Below are positions 62,023 to 64,000 of a stretch of DNA of 64,000 bases, piece by piece. The stretch lies in assembly GCA_017941235.1 (NCBI GenBank), contig JAGAWU010000024.1, positions 615 through 64,614 of the forward strand. The letters are read 5' to 3'. A program made the position numbers and the translations under genes. Source of the DNA: Bacilli bacterium. Lineage in GTDB: Bacteria > Bacillota_I > Bacilli_A > RF39 > UBA660. Within the stretch, counting starts at the first letter, position 1. Every line of letters starts with the position of its first letter. The notes under the pieces are model-generated. The model saw only the letters and a program-made list of their open reading frames with translations. It was not told where the DNA came from and did no database searches.

Positions 62023-63072
62023 ATGGAAAACAAGAAAATTATTGAAGTAAAAGAAGAATTAGAACAAAGTTTAAATGATATTAAAAATATACAGGAACTT
62101 AATGATTTAAAAGTTAAATTTTTAGGTAAAAAAGGTTTAATAACTGAACTTAATTCAGAGATTAAAAATATTCCTAATGAAGAAAAAAAAGAATTTGGTA
62201 TGAAAGTTAATGAACTTAGAAATACTTTTAATAATTTTTATGAAGAAAAGAGAAAAAGTTTTGAAGAAAAAATTCTTAATGAAAAATTAGAAAAAGAATC
62301 TATAGATATAACACTTCCAGCTACTAAAGTAGTTAGTGGAGCTCCTAATATACTTGAAAAACTAGTTGAAGAAGTAGAAGAAATATTTATATCAATGGGA
62401 TATGATGTTGTTGATGGACCTGAAATAGAGCTTGATAAATATAATTTTGAAATGCTTAATATTCCTAAAGGACATCCTGCTAGAGATGCTCAGGATACAT
62501 TTTATATTGAAGGGGAAGAAATACTTTTAAGAAGTCAAACTTCACCAGTTCAAGTTAGAACAATGCTTGAAGGAAAAGGTGAAAAACCAATTAGAATGAT
62601 TTGCCCTGGTAAGACTTATAGAAGAGATGATGATGATGCTACTCATTCACATCAATTTATGCAAATAGAAGGACTTGTTGTTGATAAGAATATATCTATG
62701 AGTGATTTAAAGGGAACTATGGATGTATTATTTAAAAAATTATTTGGAGAGGATACAGAGACTCGTTTTCATCCAAGTTATTATCAATTTACAGAACCTT
62801 CTGTAGAAGTTGATATAACTTGTCATAAATGTCATGGCAAAGGATGTAATATTTGTAAGAATAATGGATGGATTACAGTAGTAGGTGCTGGTATTGTACA
62901 TCCTAATGTACTTAGAATGAGTGGATATGATCCAAAAGAATGGACTGGATTTGCTTTTGGTTTTGGTGCTGATAGACTTGCTATGGAAAAATATGATATT
63001 CATGATTTAAGAGCAATTTATAGTACTGACTTAAGAGAAACAAGTACATTTGATAGAAAGGAGAGCGAATAA
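62023..63072 (+). CDS. pheS: Phenylalanyl-tRNA synthetase alpha subunit
   Basis: HPARDAQDTFY, LLRSQTSPVQ, YRRD.DDATHSHQF.Q.EG, FTEPS.E.D, GFAFG.G.DR. Confidence 0.98.
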   Translation: MENKKIIEVKEELEQSLNDIKNIQELNDLKVKFLGKKGLITELNSEIKNIPNEEKKEFGMKVNELRNTFNNFYEEKRKSFEEKILNEKLEKESIDITLPATKVVSGAPNILEKLVEEVEEIFISMGYDVVDGPEIELDKYNFEMLNIPKGHPARDAQDTFYIEGEEILLRSQTSPVQVRTMLEGKGEKPIRMICPGKTYRRDDDDATHSHQFMQIEGLVVDKNISMSDLKGTMDVLFKKLFGEDTETRFHPSYYQFTEPSVEVDITCHKCHGKGCNICKNNGWITVVGAGIVHPNVLRMSGYDPKEWTGFAFGFGADRLAMEKYDIHDLRAIYSTDLRETSTFDRKESE

Positions 63073-63073
63073 T

Positions 63074-64000
63074 ATGATGAATTTAGATTGGGTAGGAGAT
63101 TATATTGATATATCAGATCAAGATTTAAAAGAGCTTGCAAGAAAGATAACTGAATCAGGTATTAATATAGAAAAAGTTATTACTAATCATATTGATAATT
63201 TAACTATAGGTGAAGTAGTAGAGTGTGAGAATCATCCTGATAGTGATCATTTACATGTTTGCAAAGTTAATGTTGGTAATGAAGAACTTCAGATAGTATG
63301 CGGAGCTCCTAATGTTAGAAAAGGACTTAAAGTAGTAGTTGCTCTTCCTGGCGCTATTCTACCAGGCAATTTTGAAATTAAAAAGAGTAAAATACGTGGA
63401 GTAGAGTCTAATGGTATGCTTTGTGCATTATATGAATTAGGTTTAGAAGAAAAAACAGATGAAGCCTATGAAAGAGGAATAGAAGAATTAAAAGAAGATG
63501 CTCCTGTTGGTAGTGATCCACTTAAATATTTAGGACTTGATGATACTTTATATGAACTTGATATTCATAAACATAGAAATAATGATTGCTATTATCATAT
63601 AGGATTTGCTTATGAAATAGGAGCTATACTTAATAGAAAAGTTACACTTCCAGAATCTAGATATGAAGAAATAGAAGAAGGTATTAACGATAAATTTAGT
63701 TTGGATGTTGAAACAGAAAAATGTCCATATTATACGGCTAGAATGGTTAAAAATGTAAAAGTAGGTGAAAGTCCAGATTTTATTAAGAGAAGACTTAAAT
63801 CCGCTGGTATGAGATCAATAAATAATGTAGTAGATATTTCTAATTATGTAATGCTTGAATTTGGTCAACCACTTCATTTCTTTGATAAAAATAAACTAGG
63901 AAATAAAGTAGTAGTAAGAGATGCTAAGGATAAAGAAGAAGTTGTTACTTTAGATGGAGAAACAAGAAAATTAGTTTCATCAGATATAGTTATTACTGAT
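63074..64000 (+). CDS. pheT: Phenylalanyl-tRNA synthetase beta subunit (runs off window)
   Basis: Translated by hand from ATG 63074: HPDSDHL.VC, QIVCGAPNV, IRGVESNGMLC, INNVVDISNYVMLE.GQPLH.FD. Confidence 0.96.
   Translation, partial: MMNLDWVGDYIDISDQDLKELARKITESGINIEKVITNHIDNLTIGEVVECENHPDSDHLHVCKVNVGNEELQIVCGAPNVRKGLKVVVALPGAILPGNFEIKKSKIRGVESNGMLCALYELGLEEKTDEAYERGIEELKEDAPVGSDPLKYLGLDDTLYELDIHKHRNNDCYYHIGFAYEIGAILNRKVTLPESRYEEIEEGINDKFSLDVETEKCPYYTARMVKNVKVGESPDFIKRRLKSAGMRSINNVVDISNYVMLEFGQPLHFFDKNKLGNKVVVRDAKDKEEVVTLDGETRKLVSSDIVITD

Overview
Very AT-rich bacterial chromosome segment using the standard genetic code (TGA acts as stop). PolC, the DnaB helicase loader, a T-box leader, comEA/comEC and murE point to a walled Bacillota/Bacilli lineage; an RF39-like uncultured gut group is my inference, not shown by the sequence. 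Housekeeping genes (polC, phosphohexomutase, tgt, dnaB, murE, uraA-upp, pheS-pheT, tRNA-Arg(CCT), tRNA-Gln(CTG)) are mixed with large surface proteins and accessory genes. The top finding is a cassette-like array anchored at the 3' end of comEC. The sequence starting at the H codon of the comEC HGDYDH metal-binding motif recurs twice downstream (37397, 38590), progressively decayed. Each recurrence follows a terminator and a shared ATCACYA junction and precedes an unrelated cargo gene, and no integrase is visible in the window. Other candidates: a three-domain HAD / acyl-CoA ligase / PlsC fusion; a tandem double small alarmone synthetase; two large acidic proteins 19.5 kb apart sharing a ~98% identical 363-bp module, each next to small DUF1292-like genes; a U-rich leader-peptide attenuator before uraA-upp; a long G-U-rich hairpin RNA candidate; a divergent arginase/murE(EDPR) pair; and a Phe T-box with an unusual expression platform. 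All family calls come from motif recognition by eye; no database searches were run.
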